A stretch of DNA of 64,000 nt, taken from IMG/VR virus record IMGVR_UViG_3300008113_000027; one strand, 5' to 3'. Numbering within the stretch: the first letter of the stretch is position 1; each line of letters opens with the position of its first letter. The notes below the pieces were generated by a model that saw only the letters and a program-made list of their open reading frames with translations, made no database searches and had not been told where the DNA came from. Below are positions 1-10,557 of this stretch, piece after piece. The translations under genes and the position numbers were made by a program. Source of the DNA: an uncultured virus (IMG/VR IMGVR_UViG_3300008113_000027). Taxonomy: Duplodnaviria; Heunggongvirae; Uroviricota; Caudoviricetes.

Positions 1-512
1 TGATTAGCTGCTATTGATGATGTAAACACTATACCAACTGTTTGAGCTGAAGTAGCATCTGCTGTATTATTTGCTCTTTTAACAGTCATTCTATCTCCTG
101 TACCACCAAAAGCATAAACAGGCATACCTTTAGTTAATGTTACACTATCTGCATTAGTTACATAAGAAAATAGACTATTTGATGTAGTACCTATGCATTG
201 AAATCCATCAGTAGTAGAATTAAACACACAAAGCATTTCAGCACCATCCCAAATATCTCCACCTAATAATACACCATCATTATTTCTGTAAAGTGTTTTA
301 GCACCAAGACCATTTATATTTAAAGTAGATGTTCCTGTGTTTCCATTAGTAAATCTAATAAGATAAGCATCTGCATCAGCATAAGCTGTTACTCCTGTAA
401 TTGTAGCAACATAAGTATCAGTACCAGTTGCAGTAGCATGAGTAATTCCTCCAGAAGATGCTACTTCGTAATAATCAAGTTTACCTGTAATAGGATTTAA
501 TTTATATGACAT
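1..512 (-). CDS. Partial tail fibre/structural protein (runs off window start)
   Basis: Not in ORF track. ATG at 512 reads MSYKLNPITGKLDYYEVASSGGITHATATGTDTY...GTSTLNINGLGAKTL..., open to position 1; the TLNINGLGAK segment resembles phage tail fibre N-terminal regions. Confidence 0.6.
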   Translation of the reverse strand, partial: MSYKLNPITGKLDYYEVASSGGITHATATGTDTYVATITGVTAYADADAYLIRFTNGNTGTSTLNINGLGAKTLYRNNDGVLLGGDIWDGAEMLCVFNSTTDGFQCIGTTSNSLFSYVTNADSVTLTKGMPVYAFGGTGDRMTVKRANNTADATSAQTVGIVFTSSIAAN

Positions 513-513
513 A

Positions 514-780
514 TTAAGTAGTAGTTATAGATGTACAATTGTTTCCAACATAAGTAAATGTTTGAGTAAATATAAGAGTAGCACCTTCATAATACTCAGC
601 AACAGTTACATTATTATTAGTATCATAAGTGTATTGAATTGAATTACCTACAACAGTAGTCCAATTAGCTTTAACTAATGTTTTACTAATAACTTGTAAT
701 TCTGTAAGGTTAGCTTCATTACTTTCACATGCACATTGTAATGCTCTATTTATTTGTTTGATGTCATCCCTGGTTCCCAT
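514..780 (-). CDS. Small hypothetical structural protein (likely start MGTRDD at 780)
   Basis: ORF 514..882; ATG at 780 overlaps the end of the upstream gene as is usual in this operon; beta-rich C-terminus. Confidence 0.5.
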   Translation of the reverse strand: MGTRDDIKQINRALQCACESNEANLTELQVISKTLVKANWTTVVGNSIQYTYDTNNNVTVAEYYEGATLIFTQTFTYVGNNCTSITTT

Positions 781-997
781 CTGTATTTTTATTTTTGAGT
801 TTTTCAATAGTTCTTGAAATAGTGTAAACACCCATATCAGCAAACATTGCAAATAATATAGCTTCAGTAATAAAACCTTCATTACAAGGTTTAGAACTAT
901 ATAGACAAGTTATAAATGCAATAGTAATTAGTATTGACCAAAGAATAGTTCTTACAGGTCTTTGGTAATTCTTTATCAAAATTAATATATTTTCCAT
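764..997 (-). CDS. Small membrane protein, possible holin
   Basis: 77 aa, two hydrophobic segments, basic C-terminal tail. Confidence 0.4.
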   Translation of the reverse strand: MENILILIKNYQRPVRTILWSILITIAFITCLYSSKPCNEGFITEAILFAMFADMGVYTISRTIEKLKNKNTDGNQG

Positions 998-1011
998 AAT
1001 TATTTTAATTT

Positions 1012-2649
1012 TTAATAATCATCGCAATCAATTAATGTTAAAATTATTCCTGAACTTGAACCTGACCCTGCATCACAAGATACATCAGCAGTTAATTCTC
1101 CTGAAAAACAAAGAGTACATACAACATCTTCAGTAACTACAGTAAGTCTTACTTTAATAATTGCATCTATATCTTTAAATGCCCCAGATGAACAAGTAGA
1201 AGATATTATTGCTGTATGAGATGGACTTAGTCCTATAGAATTACTTGTATTATAAACTACAGGTGAACTTGTAGTTAGATGTGTAAGAGTACCTGTACAA
1301 GGATTACAAGGAGAACCTGACATTCCAAAAGGATAATGATTAAATAACCCAGGTGATGTATTTTCTAACTTATATTCAAATGTTGCAATGTTAGAATAGT
1401 TTAATCCAAATGAACCTAAGTTAGTTAATTGAAAATTAATATTATACCAAGCTTGTAATTTAAGTGATAATCCTACAAGTGTATTACTAATGCCTGATAC
1501 AAACATTGAAGTAAAAATATTTATTTCACCAAAATCTACACAATCAAATCCAGTTCCACCTCCTGGCTCAGGTAGTGGACAATCTATATTTATATCAAAA
1601 AGATGAGTACAACCATTAGCATCTGTAATAGTGCCTGTTATATTATCTCCATTCATTACTGTTGAACCTGGACCCCATACACCTCCACCAAGATATTGAA
1701 ATGGTCCTGTTGGACTACCATTAATAGAACCTACTACTGTATATGGTGCATTACCACCTGATGGAGTTAATGTAAGTGTAGCTTCACCTGTATTAAAACC
1801 AAACTCATCAGTAAGGCAAGTAACCACATAATTATCTTGTATTGTAATAAGTTCACAATCAAATGGACAAGCTATAGTTCCTCTTTGTACTAATGAAACA
1901 ACTCCTAAGCTATCAATTACATAAAATGAAAATGTACTACCATTAGGTAAATTAGTACAAAGTGTTCCTCCACTAGTAGCAATAGTACCATTTGGTACAC
2001 CAACTACTGTATAAGGAGGATTAGCTCCTGATGCAGTAACACATACTGTTCCTGTATTATCTTCTTCACACACCCAATTTGACTCAACTAATAATGAATT
2101 AAAATAACAAGTACCATTATCTATTGTAGCAGTAGAGTCATAATTAACAGCTTCAGGGTCAGTACATCCACCTTTATAGTTAATTTTATCATCCCAACTT
2201 CCTGTGCATTTATCAATATCAGTAACAATAAGTTCTACATTACCTCCTACTGAACCACTAAATAATAATATTGGTTCTAATGTTAATACATTACTTACAT
2301 TAGATACTAATTGAAAAGCACTTGTATCATAAGTCCAGTTATAAGAAACAGGTAATACAGCATTTGTTACACTAGCTGTAAATACAAAGTTATTATTTAC
2401 TATAGTAACAACTACATTAACTACAATATTACATGTAATTACATTTGATGCTTCACTACTTGTACAAGGAAGATTAGAACCCTTTAAACAAGACAAATCA
2501 ATAGGTGTACAATCTAACCTATTAATATAAGACTTAATAAAGTTTTCATTAGATGTATCATCAGTACAGAGTAAACCAAATTTTCTTCGATTTACTCTAT
2601 CATACATCTCTTTAACTATATTGCAATTCCATTTCATATTAGCAGCCAC
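1012..2649 (-). CDS. Cys-rich virion structural/fibre protein with SprB-like repeats
   Basis: 545 aa; GCTDPEAVNYDSTATIDNGTC, SGANPPYT, SGGNAPYT and TITDANGC motifs; lies in the structural operon. Confidence 0.55.
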   Translation of the reverse strand: MAANMKWNCNIVKEMYDRVNRRKFGLLCTDDTSNENFIKSYINRLDCTPIDLSCLKGSNLPCTSSEASNVITCNIVVNVVVTIVNNNFVFTASVTNAVLPVSYNWTYDTSAFQLVSNVSNVLTLEPILLFSGSVGGNVELIVTDIDKCTGSWDDKINYKGGCTDPEAVNYDSTATIDNGTCYFNSLLVESNWVCEEDNTGTVCVTASGANPPYTVVGVPNGTIATSGGTLCTNLPNGSTFSFYVIDSLGVVSLVQRGTIACPFDCELITIQDNYVVTCLTDEFGFNTGEATLTLTPSGGNAPYTVVGSINGSPTGPFQYLGGGVWGPGSTVMNGDNITGTITDANGCTHLFDINIDCPLPEPGGGTGFDCVDFGEINIFTSMFVSGISNTLVGLSLKLQAWYNINFQLTNLGSFGLNYSNIATFEYKLENTSPGLFNHYPFGMSGSPCNPCTGTLTHLTTSSPVVYNTSNSIGLSPSHTAIISSTCSSGAFKDIDAIIKVRLTVVTEDVVCTLCFSGELTADVSCDAGSGSSSGIILTLIDCDDY

Positions 2650-3505
2650 AGGTTACACAAGTTTGATTAGTACCTAATTCAGAACAAAGCTTATTAAATA
2701 TTGCACACAACTCATCACAATTACATCCACAATTTGAACCTTCAGTTAGTGTATAATGAAGCAAGAAAATATTTGTTGCTCTTTTATTACACTCTAATAG
2801 TTCTTCTAATTGAGTTGATACTTTACATTTAGTTTGACAATCAAAAAAGAAACAATTAGATTCAGTAATTATATTATTTGACTTGTTTACAAATGTAAAA
2901 CTAAATGAATAAATCCCATCAACAAATTCAGTCATATTAAAAAATAATGGAGATATGTACATTACATTAGAATTAAAGAACATACCCTCAATTGGAAAAT
3001 ATCCAAAGTAAATATCTTGTTGATTTCCTACAACATAAGTTACCATATTAACTGGTGTAATGTTTTCAGGAAGGTCAGTAATAGTATAAACACAAGTATT
3101 TGTTATAGCATCATAAGTATAACCTTGAGTTACTGAACCACCAAAGTTAGTAACAAACCAAGCATCAATAATAGGAAATAATAATGTAATATCTCCTGTG
3201 CTACACATATAGTCAGCAACTTCTGCACTACCAATAGGTAATGTAAATTGCTGATGAGTAAAAATGTTTTCAAATACAATACTATCTATGATTGTTGTTG
3301 GAGCAACAGGAAATTGTAAAGTAAAAACATTTGAGCCAATTTCAAGTCCTGTTATAGTTTCAGTTATTTCTTCATCTCCACAACAGTTTAATTTACCTGT
3401 TATAGTAAAAGAAGTATAGTCAGTAGGATTTAAAATAAAGTCTGATATAGTATCAGACTTTATTTCTATGAACTGGCAATCTTGTGTTTTAGATAAATAA
3501 ACCAT
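2639..3505 (-). CDS. Putative tail ring/hub structural protein
   Basis: 288 aa; DGIYSF motif and Cys-rich C-terminus (CGCNC...CVTCGC); position in crAss-like structural block. Confidence 0.45.
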   Translation of the reverse strand: MVYLSKTQDCQFIEIKSDTISDFILNPTDYTSFTITGKLNCCGDEEITETITGLEIGSNVFTLQFPVAPTTIIDSIVFENIFTHQQFTLPIGSAEVADYMCSTGDITLLFPIIDAWFVTNFGGSVTQGYTYDAITNTCVYTITDLPENITPVNMVTYVVGNQQDIYFGYFPIEGMFFNSNVMYISPLFFNMTEFVDGIYSFSFTFVNKSNNIITESNCFFFDCQTKCKVSTQLEELLECNKRATNIFLLHYTLTEGSNCGCNCDELCAIFNKLCSELGTNQTCVTCGC

Positions 3506-3885
3506 TATAGTTGTGTATATTTAATATAAAGACTGAGTGTGTCACCAATAGCATGAGTAGTAGTCCAATCTACAATTATATTACCTGCATTTACAGATAC
3601 AGAAGCATCACAATTAGCAAGAGTTGTTGTGCCACCATTAAGTAAAAACTGAACTCCACCTACAGTTGCAATAACATCTGCACCTAATAAAGTTCCTACT
3701 GTTTGAGTAATAGTATAAGGACTTGTAGCTGTTAAACTAAAAGTATAGTATGCTTCATACACAGGTTTACCATTATAAGTTTGATTTGTTTTAATGATAG
3801 GCTTTGCACTTGATGGAACATCACTAACTCCACAGCAATGAATTAATGATTTAATTTTACTTTCTAAATATTTAGGAATTCCCAT
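3505..3885 (-). CDS. Small structural protein (putative head fibre)
   Basis: 126 aa beta-rich; N-terminus similar to 4157..4993. Confidence 0.4.
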   Translation of the reverse strand: MGIPKYLESKIKSLIHCCGVSDVPSSAKPIIKTNQTYNGKPVYEAYYTFSLTATSPYTITQTVGTLLGADVIATVGGVQFLLNGGTTTLANCDASVSVNAGNIIVDWTTTHAIGDTLSLYIKYTQL

Positions 3886-3908
3886 TGTAATAAAATTTTA
3901 ATTGTTAA

Positions 3909-4145
3909 TTATAATTGAGTTAATACTTGGTCTATTGCTACTATTTCTGCTGTAATCTTTGCAGCTATAGCAACTTGTTGCTCTTGACGTTGACTTTTTA
4001 GTTTAGTAAAAAATGCAAGAGCATCTTCGTTCTTCATCTTTTTTACTTTGATGTCCTTTTCTCCTTTAAAGTTCCATTGAGTAGAGTCTTCAATCTGAAT
4101 GGTAACTTCAGTTTCTGTTTTTTCTAAAATAGTATAAGTAATCAT
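3909..4145 (-). CDS. Hypothetical protein
   Basis: 78 aa ORF tightly packed in operon. Confidence 0.5.
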   Translation of the reverse strand: MITYTILEKTETEVTIQIEDSTQWNFKGEKDIKVKKMKNEDALAFFTKLKSQRQEQQVAIAAKITAEIVAIDQVLTQL

Positions 4146-4156
4146 GATAATGTGTT

Positions 4157-4993
4157 TTATGGTACTATGTTGATAACTGAACCAATTATAAATAAATCTC
4201 CAGGCAATAATCCATCTGTTGTAGCATCTAATAATGTTGCATAAGATTTTAAACCAGACATTCTAAATCTTATAGGTTGTACAGTATCTGTAGGATTAGC
4301 TATAATTTGAAAAAATCCATCTATTGCTTGTGTAGCATTATATGCTGACACATTTGTTCTTAACACTCCTAATTTTTCATATATTTCAATTTGACCTGTT
4401 GCACCTATACTTGCACCAGTATTAACAAATAATGTAGCTTGATTTTCTGATATTGTTAAATCACTATAATTACCTGTTACATTATTACTATTGCCAAAAT
4501 ATGTACCACCTGAATCTAATGATAAATAAGAACTAATTACAGAATCATCAGTTTGTAATTGAATACCATTATAAAATACTTCTAAAGTAGATGATTGAAA
4601 AGCATTATTATCAAATGCTTCCATTCTAATTCCACCTCCAAAATGATATGTACCTGACCCATAATTATTAATAGAATCAAATATTGATTTTATATGAGTT
4701 GGAACTAATGATGAACCATCACCTGCGAAAAATGGAACATCTAAATTAAAAAAGAAATCTTCATAATAAGTACCAGTTGAAGTATCTTTATAATATGTTC
4801 CAGTACCTTCTAATGTAGCAGGACCAAATTGATAAAAATCTGTACTAAAATCTTCAAATTGAGTACCATATTTATAACCATATACATCAACAAACTCTAC
4901 TGCTTGCCCATTAGTTACTTCACTTAATAAATCATTTTTATGAGCATAGATAAGCTTAACTATTTCTTGCTCTAAGTATTTAGGTAATGCCAT
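4157..4993 (-). CDS. Putative fibre/decoration protein
   Basis: 278 aa beta-rich; C-terminal GLLPGDLF motif; downstream of capsid genes. Confidence 0.45.
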   Translation of the reverse strand: MALPKYLEQEIVKLIYAHKNDLLSEVTNGQAVEFVDVYGYKYGTQFEDFSTDFYQFGPATLEGTGTYYKDTSTGTYYEDFFFNLDVPFFAGDGSSLVPTHIKSIFDSINNYGSGTYHFGGGIRMEAFDNNAFQSSTLEVFYNGIQLQTDDSVISSYLSLDSGGTYFGNSNNVTGNYSDLTISENQATLFVNTGASIGATGQIEIYEKLGVLRTNVSAYNATQAIDGFFQIIANPTDTVQPIRFRMSGLKSYATLLDATTDGLLPGDLFIIGSVINIVP

Positions 4994-5005
4994 GATTTAT
5001 AAATT

Positions 5006-5032
5006 TAAAAAGGGGAGAGTTAATCTCCCCTT
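5006..5032 (-). terminator. Intrinsic terminator
   Basis: AAGGGGAGA/TCTCCCCTT stem followed by T-run on minus strand. Confidence 0.75.
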
Positions 5033-5044
5033 ATATTATGATAA

Positions 5045-6280
5045 TTAACCTAAACCATCTAATGCAACATTGTCAATGTCAGATGTGAAAAGAACTGTTT
5101 CACAATCACATTGTCCAAGGTCAAGAGCAAGAGAATCAAAGTTATCTACTAACCAAGCATCAAGAACTGTAATGATACCATCTAATAATTTATTAGTTGC
5201 AGTACATGGAGCAGCAATAATAGTATTAATGTAGTTCTTGTATTCATCCCAGCCACCTACACTTTCATTTCTGTACATAAGGTTAAGTTGATTGTAAATA
5301 CCTGAATTGGTAGACATTCTTTCAAAGTTACCAATTGGAATACCTGCAAGTTCACCTACTCTGTAAGGACCAGGTTTACCATTGTAACCACCTGCTTCAT
5401 ATTCCAACCATCCAATATCTTTACCTTGACCTTCACCAAATGATGGTTCTTGGAAAGTAGTTGTAGTTGCATTACAGTTCAAACCTTGAAGAGTAGATAC
5501 TATCATTTTGAATTGTACATTCTTATAGTATCTTGCAGGAATTTGACAGTAAGTGTAAACTTTAGATGGAACAGAAATCAAACGAATACCAAGACACAAA
5601 CCAGCATTTGCAGTTACTGCAGTCCAAGCAGCTACATCAGCAGCAGCAGTACCATCAATGTAATCAGTAAGGTCAGCAATTACAATTGCATCTACACCAG
5701 GACCATCAGTAGTATAGTCAATGATTTCAGCTTTGATAATGCCATCTGTATCAGCATTTACTGCATTGAAAAGAAGTAGAGCAAGTTCATTGCAATCACC
5801 ACTTGGGCAATCACAACCAGGACCACAACATCCAGTTCTAACTGCAAATGTTTTTGCAAATTGATTAAAACCAAACATTTGGTAAGCTTGAGAGTTACCT
5901 CTAAACTCAACTTTAAATGCATAGTCATCTTCACATTTGATACCTGAAAAATCAGTAACATCAACAATGTGTGGTTGTTCAGGAGTATAACACTTAAGTG
6001 TATAAGCAGTTACACCTTTTCTTTGGATATGTGTACCTGCTGAAGTAACTACGTTATCAGCAACACCATCTCCATTAGAATCTACTGCCATAGCAATGTA
6101 GATTTCTCTTTGATTGACTACACTAGTAGCATCTACTGAGATATTAGTATCATAAGAAAATATCCCTACTGTACCAATACCACCAGCAATCAAATCATTA
6201 AAGTTTTTACCAGCTGCCAAGATAGTATCATTTCCATCAGGTGCTACCAAAACTTGAAATACAGGATTATTTGCACTCAT
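5045..6280 (-). CDS. crAss-like auxiliary capsid/structural protein
   Basis: 411 aa, in the cluster just downstream of the MCP, followed by a terminator; composition typical of an abundant virion protein. Confidence 0.55.
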   Translation of the reverse strand: MSANNPVFQVLVAPDGNDTILAAGKNFNDLIAGGIGTVGIFSYDTNISVDATSVVNQREIYIAMAVDSNGDGVADNVVTSAGTHIQRKGVTAYTLKCYTPEQPHIVDVTDFSGIKCEDDYAFKVEFRGNSQAYQMFGFNQFAKTFAVRTGCCGPGCDCPSGDCNELALLLFNAVNADTDGIIKAEIIDYTTDGPGVDAIVIADLTDYIDGTAAADVAAWTAVTANAGLCLGIRLISVPSKVYTYCQIPARYYKNVQFKMIVSTLQGLNCNATTTTFQEPSFGEGQGKDIGWLEYEAGGYNGKPGPYRVGELAGIPIGNFERMSTNSGIYNQLNLMYRNESVGGWDEYKNYINTIIAAPCTATNKLLDGIITVLDAWLVDNFDSLALDLGQCDCETVLFTSDIDNVALDGLG

Positions 6281-6293
6281 TTTAATTTAAAAT

Positions 6294-7019
6294 TTAATTG
6301 TTCAAAAGATTAATTTTGTCTTGTTTAATTTGATAATCAGGAATTTGTAATTGTCCTGTTGCAATCAACACAGCTAAATCCACAATTTCTCTATGAGTAT
6401 GTTCTGGTAACTCACAATTTGTAAACCCTGTAAGGACTGTACCATCAGGTAAATTGTAAGTTCCCCCTACATAGTCTTGAGCATTCTGAATGTAGACAGG
6501 TTTTTTGATGTAATTAAACTCACATATAGATTCAACAATAAAGGTTCCATCAGTAAATACTCTAAGTCCATTTTTAAAAAATCTAATACTCACTTCTCTC
6601 CACTCAAATGAACTAGAATCAAAAGGAGATTCTTCATGTAAGTCATCATGTTGTTTTATAAACAACCTTGCTCTTTGATTCTCACAAATCCCCTTAGAAA
6701 TACAGGCATAGCCTGAAATAAAAAACATATAGTCAACAGGCAATGTTGCTTGATATGAATTGTCTTGTGTATTAAAATTTGAAATAGTCAAAGGAGTAAG
6801 ACTATCCACAACAATAGTTCTGATATCATCTATGCTCCTTTGATTTACTTCAAAGCCATATCCATTCTTAACACGAGGTTGAGCAATCTTCTTAATAAAT
6901 ACTTCCTGTGCTTCATTAAGAAGCCAGTCAATTTCAGGAACTCTAAGGTTTCTAAATTGCTGAGAATCTATTTTATTAAGTTTGACTTTTAAGTCATAGT
7001 GCATTGCTCTAATATCCAT
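6294..7019 (-). CDS. crAss-like head-tail connector (ring) protein
   Basis: EIDWLLNEAQ, LPVDYMF, YIKKP and CELPEHTHREIVDLAV motifs typical of crAss-like ring proteins. Confidence 0.7.
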   Translation of the reverse strand: MDIRAMHYDLKVKLNKIDSQQFRNLRVPEIDWLLNEAQEVFIKKIAQPRVKNGYGFEVNQRSIDDIRTIVVDSLTPLTISNFNTQDNSYQATLPVDYMFFISGYACISKGICENQRARLFIKQHDDLHEESPFDSSSFEWREVSIRFFKNGLRVFTDGTFIVESICEFNYIKKPVYIQNAQDYVGGTYNLPDGTVLTGFTNCELPEHTHREIVDLAVLIATGQLQIPDYQIKQDKINLLNN

Positions 7020-7026
7020 TATTCAC

Positions 7027-7830
7027 TTAGTTTAACTTTTCAAGAATCCTTGCTTTGATTTCTTGGTTTTGTGGATTGAGGAAGTACTCTGTTACATCAT
7101 CAACATTATGACCAAGAATATCTGACATATAATAAATTCCTGAACCTTCTTTAGTAAGTATATTTTTATAAAGTGCTTCTACAATCATACCTTTAACATA
7201 CACAAAGTTTTTATCTGCTTTAGAGTATTTCAAGAAGTCATTAATAAACTCTCCTTCAATAATTTCACCAAGCTTAACATCAATGTATTCATTAGATTGT
7301 TTTCTTACTGAAATGTCAAGAATGATTTGAATAAGAGCTACTTTCTGTTCCTTAGTAAGTTTGTCAGCAATTTTATATGCTTCTTTCTTTTTATTTAGCT
7401 TATGTGCTTCCATTTCAATATGTTCTGATTCATCATATAGAATATGTGTAGCATTAGGCCATAGTCCTTCTTGATATTCTTTTTCTGAATTAGCTACATA
7501 AGGAGATACTTTATAATTCTTTACCTTAATGTAATCCAATGGTTTAGTTATATCAAGAATAAGTGTTTTATTAGGAAAACGAAGTTGAGCAACTTTAGTA
7601 CTCCAATAAGGATGTGGTTGGTTAGGATTAAAAACATCATCTAAATTAACACCCATCATTGAACCATACTTAGTCATTTCTTCTTCTGTTAGTCCTGTAT
7701 CATACTTTCCTGTTTTAGGATTATATAGAATCTGTGAACTGTGTTCTTGTGCAAAAGAATCTTTGCCTGTTTTACCATGCCATTTTTTAAAATCAATAGG
7801 TCTTAACTCTACAAAATTTGGATTTCTCAT
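7027..7830 (-). CDS. Conserved crAss-like protein immediately downstream of MCP
   Basis: 267 aa; TGL..EE and LDITKPLDYI motifs; conserved gene position. Confidence 0.55.
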   Translation of the reverse strand: MRNPNFVELRPIDFKKWHGKTGKDSFAQEHSSQILYNPKTGKYDTGLTEEEMTKYGSMMGVNLDDVFNPNQPHPYWSTKVAQLRFPNKTLILDITKPLDYIKVKNYKVSPYVANSEKEYQEGLWPNATHILYDESEHIEMEAHKLNKKKEAYKIADKLTKEQKVALIQIILDISVRKQSNEYIDVKLGEIIEGEFINDFLKYSKADKNFVYVKGMIVEALYKNILTKEGSGIYYMSDILGHNVDDVTEYFLNPQNQEIKARILEKLN

Positions 7831-7864
7831 AATTTACTTTTTAAATATTTCAATTTAATAATTA

Positions 7865-7894
7865 AAATAAAGAGAGGAGTTTCCTCCTCTCTTT
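7865..7894 (-). terminator. Intrinsic terminator after MCP
   Basis: 11-bp stem AAAGAGAGGAG/CTCCTCTCTTT, GAAA loop on minus strand. Confidence 0.8.
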
Positions 7895-7905
7895 AAGAGG
7901 ATATA

Positions 7906-9360
7906 TTAAGAACGAGAAAGGATAAGTTCACCACAACGAGATACATCCTCAATGTGAATACCACATTGGTCTTTAACATGCATTTCATAGTAGTCACCTG
8001 AGTGAGAAGCAAGTTTGTTGTTAACTGGACCATAAGGTGTAACAAGACCTGCTGTGTAAACTAGTGACATACCACCTTTTTTCTTAATTCTTTTGATGTT
8101 AGATTCATTCTTTTCACCAGAGAAATCAAGAAAAGTAAAACGCATAGATTCAGTTGGATAACCTGTAACTGGGTCAATCTCAAAGTTAATCTCTCTATCA
8201 TCATACAATGGATTGTGGATTAGTTCAAGTTCAGCACCATTTGCCATACGATATTTGACAAACTGATAACCTGCAGCAAGACCATTTTCATTGTATTCAG
8301 AAGCAGTCTTATTAAGGAACAATTGGTCAACAACTTGGATGAAACCTTTTTTCTCCATCCAATCTTGGATAGCACGATGGAAAATAATCATACCATATTC
8401 ACCTGTGTATGCTTTGATTTTACGTTGTCCACCAGGTTTAACACGAGAGTAGAAAATGTCCATCAAGTACTCTTCAATTAGAGTAGCAGTTAGGTGAGTA
8501 TAACGATGAATGTGAGAATCTTCAAGTTGTTCTTGAATACCAGGACCTGAATAGATTGGTCTACCATTAGCACCAAGAACTGAATCAGTACTGCGAGAAT
8601 ACCAATAACCTCTTTCAATTTCTTTGTACCATTGTTGCCAATATTCTACCTCAGCATATTTAATCCAAGTATCATGCATTTTACCATTAGGGTCTGGAAC
8701 CTTAACAGCAAGTACTTGATTATGTGCATCACCTGTTACTTGATATTTCTTTCTAAAACGAGAAAGTCTATTTTTCAAAGTAATAGGAAGTGAGTACTGA
8801 GTTGAACCACTTTGTTCACCTGCTTCCTCATATTGAGAGAACAATTTTGCCCATTGAGTACCAGGAGTAAGATAAGTTACAGGAAGAAAATCAGCAGGAT
8901 TATCAGACATAATACGAACTGTGTAAACCCAACCTTTACCATGTCTTTGTGGTTCTTCTTGTACTCTCACTTGATACTTCTTATTAGTAGTACCAGGATG
9001 AAGAACATCACCAGGAACAAACCAATTTTCATCAAGTTTAAGTTTGAAGTTTTGTTTGAATTTACCAGGAGTAGTATTAGTAGCAGGTTCTACATTTTCA
9101 ACCACAACAAGTGGTCTAGTATTACCTGTTCTTAGACCCCATTCCCATTCATTAGAAGTAATCTCTTCTTCTTTACCTGTCATAGACAAGATGTAAGTCA
9201 TAGGATTATCTGAATAACGTGTAGCTGAAAATAGCTTAGTCATAACAGATTCAAATACATGTGGCTTTGCAATAAGAGCTGCACCCAAGTGATTGAGGTC
9301 AGTCATATTAGCATGCCATGGCATTTGTTTAGTAACTAACTTATTATTTAATTGTGCCAT
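7906..9360 (-). CDS. Major capsid protein (crAss-like, HK97 fold)
   Basis: 484 aa; TerL-portal-scaffold-MCP gene order; GPGIQEQL, YTGEYG and HNPLYDD motifs. Confidence 0.9.
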   Translation of the reverse strand: MAQLNNKLVTKQMPWHANMTDLNHLGAALIAKPHVFESVMTKLFSATRYSDNPMTYILSMTGKEEEITSNEWEWGLRTGNTRPLVVVENVEPATNTTPGKFKQNFKLKLDENWFVPGDVLHPGTTNKKYQVRVQEEPQRHGKGWVYTVRIMSDNPADFLPVTYLTPGTQWAKLFSQYEEAGEQSGSTQYSLPITLKNRLSRFRKKYQVTGDAHNQVLAVKVPDPNGKMHDTWIKYAEVEYWQQWYKEIERGYWYSRSTDSVLGANGRPIYSGPGIQEQLEDSHIHRYTHLTATLIEEYLMDIFYSRVKPGGQRKIKAYTGEYGMIIFHRAIQDWMEKKGFIQVVDQLFLNKTASEYNENGLAAGYQFVKYRMANGAELELIHNPLYDDREINFEIDPVTGYPTESMRFTFLDFSGEKNESNIKRIKKKGGMSLVYTAGLVTPYGPVNNKLASHSGDYYEMHVKDQCGIHIEDVSRCGELILSRS

Positions 9361-9386
9361 TTTTTAAAAATAATTTTGTTTAATAA

Positions 9387-10490
9387 TTAAAAGTAATCTA
9401 TCAACCCTTTATTGCGAGAACCTTTATTGCTAACAGGAGTAATTTTTGAATTAGAAAGTTTTGATTTTGTTTCTCTAACTAATTCTGTTTTTGCTTTTTC
9501 TTTTAAGTCACTTAAGTCAAAATCATTAGATAGTAACTTAGCTAGTAAAACAGTTTTTTCTTTATCTTTAAAAGCTTGTTGTAAGTCATTTTGAAACTGT
9601 GTAAGAAATTGATTTTCACCTATCTTAACTGCTGCTCTAGTCATATAACTATGTAAATCCTTTTTATCTTTTGGTGTTAATGACCAATCTTTTATTTGAG
9701 CATTTTCATCTATTAAACTTTTCAAATCCCTTACATATTGCTTTCTTTGTTCTTCTTGATGTTTTTGCATCTCTTGTTGTCTTCTTACAGCTTCTTCTTT
9801 TCTTTCTTCTAATTGTTCTTCAATACCTTCATAATGTTTGTGAGCATATTTAGATATTTTACCAGTTTCTTTTAACCATTCAATTTTATCTTCAATATCA
9901 TCGTCATCTAAATCTTCATAATTTTTATAATAATGTTTTAAAAACTTTTCTTCACTTTTTTCATCTCCTCTAATTGGAGTAGGAATAGATGTATATTCAT
10001 TATATAGTTTAAAAAATTGAGCAGTATCTCCACCTTCTCTTTTAAATCTTAAAAATGCTTTTGCATCATTATCAAGTTCATCCATAAAAGCTTTAATGGT
10101 TTCATCCATTCTTGCTTCTATTTCTTCTTCTTGAATTTGAATAAACGTTTCTTCATCAATATCACTTTCATCTTCAACTTCAATTGAGATAACTCCTTTT
10201 TGTTTAAGATTTTTATACAAGCTTGAATATGATAATGATTGTTTTTCTGAACTTTCATTTTCATCATCTTCATCAAAAAAGTTATCTACTTCTTTTTCAG
10301 GTTCTGATTCTTTTTTAGAATCTAAGTTAGTTACAGAAGAATCATCTTCTCCACCAACTTCTTTAAGAGAAGATTTAACTATTGGTTCTTCTTTAGGTTC
10401 ATTTGACATTCCAAAAAAGTCTTCTGAATTATCCCAACTAAAATCCATTAGACCTGCTTCATTTTCCTTTTCTTTTACTTCATTACTCAT
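9387..10490 (-). CDS. Putative scaffolding protein
   Basis: Highly acidic, coiled-coil, between portal and MCP. Confidence 0.7.
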   Translation of the reverse strand: MSNEVKEKENEAGLMDFSWDNSEDFFGMSNEPKEEPIVKSSLKEVGGEDDSSVTNLDSKKESEPEKEVDNFFDEDDENESSEKQSLSYSSLYKNLKQKGVISIEVEDESDIDEETFIQIQEEEIEARMDETIKAFMDELDNDAKAFLRFKREGGDTAQFFKLYNEYTSIPTPIRGDEKSEEKFLKHYYKNYEDLDDDDIEDKIEWLKETGKISKYAHKHYEGIEEQLEERKEEAVRRQQEMQKHQEEQRKQYVRDLKSLIDENAQIKDWSLTPKDKKDLHSYMTRAAVKIGENQFLTQFQNDLQQAFKDKEKTVLLAKLLSNDFDLSDLKEKAKTELVRETKSKLSNSKITPVSNKGSRNKGLIDYF

Positions 10491-10497
10491 AACGATA

Positions 10498-10505
10498 CAA
10501 ATTTA
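10498..10505 (-). promoter_or_regulatory. Bacteroidota-type -7 promoter box (TAAATTTG)
   Basis: Matches TAnnTTTG just upstream of the scaffold/MCP genes. Confidence 0.5.
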
Positions 10506-10557
10506 AGATTTAAAATTAAGTTTTGTTAAGTTTTAATCTGAAGTTTTTAAAAACTTC

